Shown here piece by piece: positions 62,253 through 64,000 of a stretch of 64,000 nt of DNA. The stretch is from Methanomassiliicoccales archaeon (GTDB taxonomy: Archaea; Thermoplasmatota; Thermoplasmata; Methanomassiliicoccales; UBA472), in contig JAPKYK010000003.1 in assembly GCA_026394395.1 (NCBI GenBank), forward strand, positions 12,547-76,546, given 5' to 3'. The number at the start of each line of letters is the position of its first letter. Within the stretch, counting starts at the first letter, position 1. The translations under genes and the position numbers were made by a program. Under the pieces are notes generated by a model, which did no database searches, was not told the DNA's origin, and saw only the letters and a program-made list of their open reading frames with translations.

Positions 62253-62669
62253 ATGAGCGAACGCGAGAAGGTATTGATATGTGTCGACGGTTCGGAGAAT
62301 TCATTACGGGCGGTGGAGTTCGCCCGCGACATGCTCCTTTCCGTGGATTCTTACGTAACCCTCTTAGTTGTGGTCACGCCCATGGACTGTGACTACTTCA
62401 TGGAGAAGACTGCGCCAGTATGCGACATCGACGGCATCGCCCAGACCAAGTCCCGGGTGGCCGCCTCCCTGCTTGAAGAGGCCGGGGTGAGCTACTGCCT
62501 AAGCTCTCAGACCGGGAATCCGACCGAGGCGATCCTGAAGGCCTCGTCAAAACATAAGTTGGTGGTCATAGGGCGAAAGGGCTCGGGCTCCTCGAACTCC
62601 ATATCCCTCGGGGGCGTGGCCGGGCAGGTCAGTCAGAACATCAAAGTGCCTTTGCTGCTCGTTCCCTGA
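62253..62669 (+). CDS. Universal stress protein (UspA family)
   Basis: VLICVDGSENSLRAVEFA... and the C-terminal ATP-binding-type motif GRKGSGSSNSISLGGVAGQV. Confidence 0.85.
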   Translation: MSEREKVLICVDGSENSLRAVEFARDMLLSVDSYVTLLVVVTPMDCDYFMEKTAPVCDIDGIAQTKSRVAASLLEEAGVSYCLSSQTGNPTEAILKASSKHKLVVIGRKGSGSSNSISLGGVAGQVSQNIKVPLLLVP

Positions 62670-62747
62670 TAGTCCGGCCGAAAGCCGGCATCCAAAGTAT
62701 TTTTACCCGCACCGCTATCTCCAGATGGTTCAATCGAGGTCATTAAG

Positions 62748-63395
62748 ATGGTCAAGGTAGCCCCGTCGATACTGTCCGCCGACTTCGCCCGACTTGGCGA
62801 GGAGGTCCGCCGAGTTCAGGATGCCGGTGCGGACTGGGTGCATATGGACGTCATGGACGGGGTTTTTGTTCCCAACATAACCGTTGGACCGGAGGTCATC
62901 AAGGCGCTTCGGCCTCATGCTACGATCCCCTTCGACGTCCACCTGATGATCGAGATGCCTGAGAGGTACATCGACCGGTTCGTGGATAGTGGCGCGGATT
63001 ATCTGACCGTGCATGTGGAGTCCACGCATGACATCAAAGGCGCATTGCGCCTGATCCGCCAGGCGGGAAAGAGCCCCGGACTGTCTCTGAACCCCGCTAC
63101 CAGCCTGTCCAAGGTAGAGCCGTTTCTGGACGAGATCGATCTGTTGCTGATCATGACCGTGCAACCCGGTTTCGGCGGACAATCGTTCAAACCGGAAGTG
63201 CTGCCTAAGATCGCTCGGGCAGCTGAGCTGCGAAAGGAATTAGGGCTGGAAATGGACATAGAGGTCGATGGCGGCATCGATCGGGACACCGGAAAGAGGT
63301 GCGCCGAGGTTGGAGCGACGGTGCTGGCAGCCGGTTCCTCGCTGTTCAAGGCCAAGGACATGAAGGCGGAGATTACTCATTGGCACGGCTTTTGA
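62748..63395 (+). CDS. rpe: Ribulose-phosphate 3-epimerase
   Basis: VAPSILSADFARLGEEV, HMDVMDGVFVPNIT, LIMTVQPGFGGQSF and DGGI. Confidence 0.92.
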   Translation: MVKVAPSILSADFARLGEEVRRVQDAGADWVHMDVMDGVFVPNITVGPEVIKALRPHATIPFDVHLMIEMPERYIDRFVDSGADYLTVHVESTHDIKGALRLIRQAGKSPGLSLNPATSLSKVEPFLDEIDLLLIMTVQPGFGGQSFKPEVLPKIARAAELRKELGLEMDIEVDGGIDRDTGKRCAEVGATVLAAGSSLFKAKDMKAEITHWHGF

Positions 63396-63502
63396 TCTGA
63401 TGTACTCCAATAGCAAGTATAATAACGGTGAACTGAAATGTAGGGCGAACCTTGTCGTATTTAAGCGATAGGGTTCATACACCGCGTGGGAATGATTCAT
63501 CC

Positions 63503-63913
63503 ATGGCACGAATAGGCTCTAAGAAATCATTGGTGGCCAAGCTCGGCATCAAAGAAGGACAGAAGATAAGGATAATCAACGCCCCTTCCAAGTACGACGT
63601 GGCCTTGGGTCGCCTGCCGAAGAACGTCGTTGAAGCCGGTGGGAACGATTCAGACCTCGATTTCGTCCAATTGTTCACCTCTTCCGAGGATGAGCTAAAG
63701 CGGGAGTTCCCCCGCCTCATGCGCTCCTTGAAGAGAGAGGGGATCCTGTGGATATCCTATCCGCGCACCTCCTCCAAGATCGATTCCGACCTGACCGGCT
63801 TTATGGTCAGGGAAGTGGGCACCGGTTATGGCATGGCAGAGGTCAAGATATCCTCCCTGGACGAGGATTGGGCCGGCATAAAGTTCGTGAACAAGAAGAA
63901 GGACCTGGATTGA
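63503..63913 (+). CDS. DUF3052-like hypothetical protein
   Basis: I prefer the ATG at 63503 (MARIGSKKSLVAKLGIKEGQKIRIINAP...LDFVQLF...GILWISYPR). The family name is from memory. Confidence 0.45.
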   Translation: MARIGSKKSLVAKLGIKEGQKIRIINAPSKYDVALGRLPKNVVEAGGNDSDLDFVQLFTSSEDELKREFPRLMRSLKREGILWISYPRTSSKIDSDLTGFMVREVGTGYGMAEVKISSLDEDWAGIKFVNKKKDLD

Positions 63914-64000
63914 GCTCAGTTAAGTTCATATCGAAAGCCTGTCATGGCGGGGTGCTATGTTCATGAACGTTACCGGTCGGCACATGGTCATTTTCATCAC

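Noticed and set aside
1-64000. CRISPR arrays, IS elements, integrases, prophage genes, rRNA and tRNA genes
   Set aside because: Reading both strands, I found no regularly spaced direct repeats, no transposase- or integrase-like translations and no rRNA- or tRNA-like sequences. The only notable tandem repeat is the coding repeat at 50091-50320.
1-64000. In-frame amber (pyrrolysine) read-through genes, given the methanogen-like context
   Set aside because: No pair of same-frame ORFs separated by a single TAG resembles a methylamine methyltransferase. The TAG stops I checked (for example at 3294-3296 and 9513-9515) are followed by short non-coding sequence.
1-64000. A dihydrolipoamide dehydrogenase (E3) hidden among the listed ORFs
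   Set aside because: No translation in the six-frame track shows an N-terminal GxGxxG FAD-binding motif followed by a CxxxxC redox-active disulfide. E3 is therefore reported as absent from the window, not from the genome.

Overview
This window is a segment of an archaeal chromosome that is almost entirely coding. The archaeal assignment rests on aIF6, ribosomal proteins L31e, L39e and S19e, an archaeal-type SAM synthetase, an archaeal-type LeuRS and a 7S/SRP RNA. The split LplB/LplA lipoate ligase, a DUF1638-like protein and an MtaA-like URO-D protein suggest a Thermoplasmatota or Methanomassiliicoccales-like lineage, but that is inference only. I support about 74 protein-coding genes and one ncRNA. 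Three features are absent from the ORF track and were found by reading the sequence: a catalase truncated at the window start, a 51-aa L39e gene and the roughly 310-nt SRP RNA. I saw no rRNA, tRNA, CRISPR array, transposase or integrase. Much of the content is housekeeping: hisD, leuS, nrdD, the S19e/L39e/L31e/aIF6 ribosomal cluster, RNase Z, rpe, SAM synthetase, an Opp/Dpp-type peptide ABC importer, an M50 protease and two MFS transporters. Four loci deserve a second look. (1) Two convergent, translationally coupled operons form a lipoyl-cofactor supercluster. One encodes a rubredoxin-fused ferredoxin:thioredoxin-reductase-like enzyme, a CPHC thioredoxin, LplB and LplA. The other encodes a NitT/TauT-type ABC importer, a URO-D-family protein, LipA and 2-oxoacid dehydrogenase E1alpha, E1beta and E2. 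No E3 (dihydrolipoamide dehydrogenase) occurs anywhere in the 64 kb. (2) A seven-gene minus-strand operon (46381-51765) encodes an unassignable helical protein, an SPFH/Band-7 protein ending in three tandem zinc ribbons, three paralogous zinc-ribbon membrane proteins, LemA and a TPM-domain protein. It resembles the bacterial PspA-YdjGHI membrane-stress module but has no recognisable PspA. (3) An ABC-F (twin-NBD, soluble) ATPase lies in an archaeal context, next to two small SAM methyltransferases. (4) The peptide-transporter ATPases carry large insertions, one of which contains a CxxC...CxxC zinc ribbon. All functional calls come from motifs I can read in the translations. None has been checked against a database.
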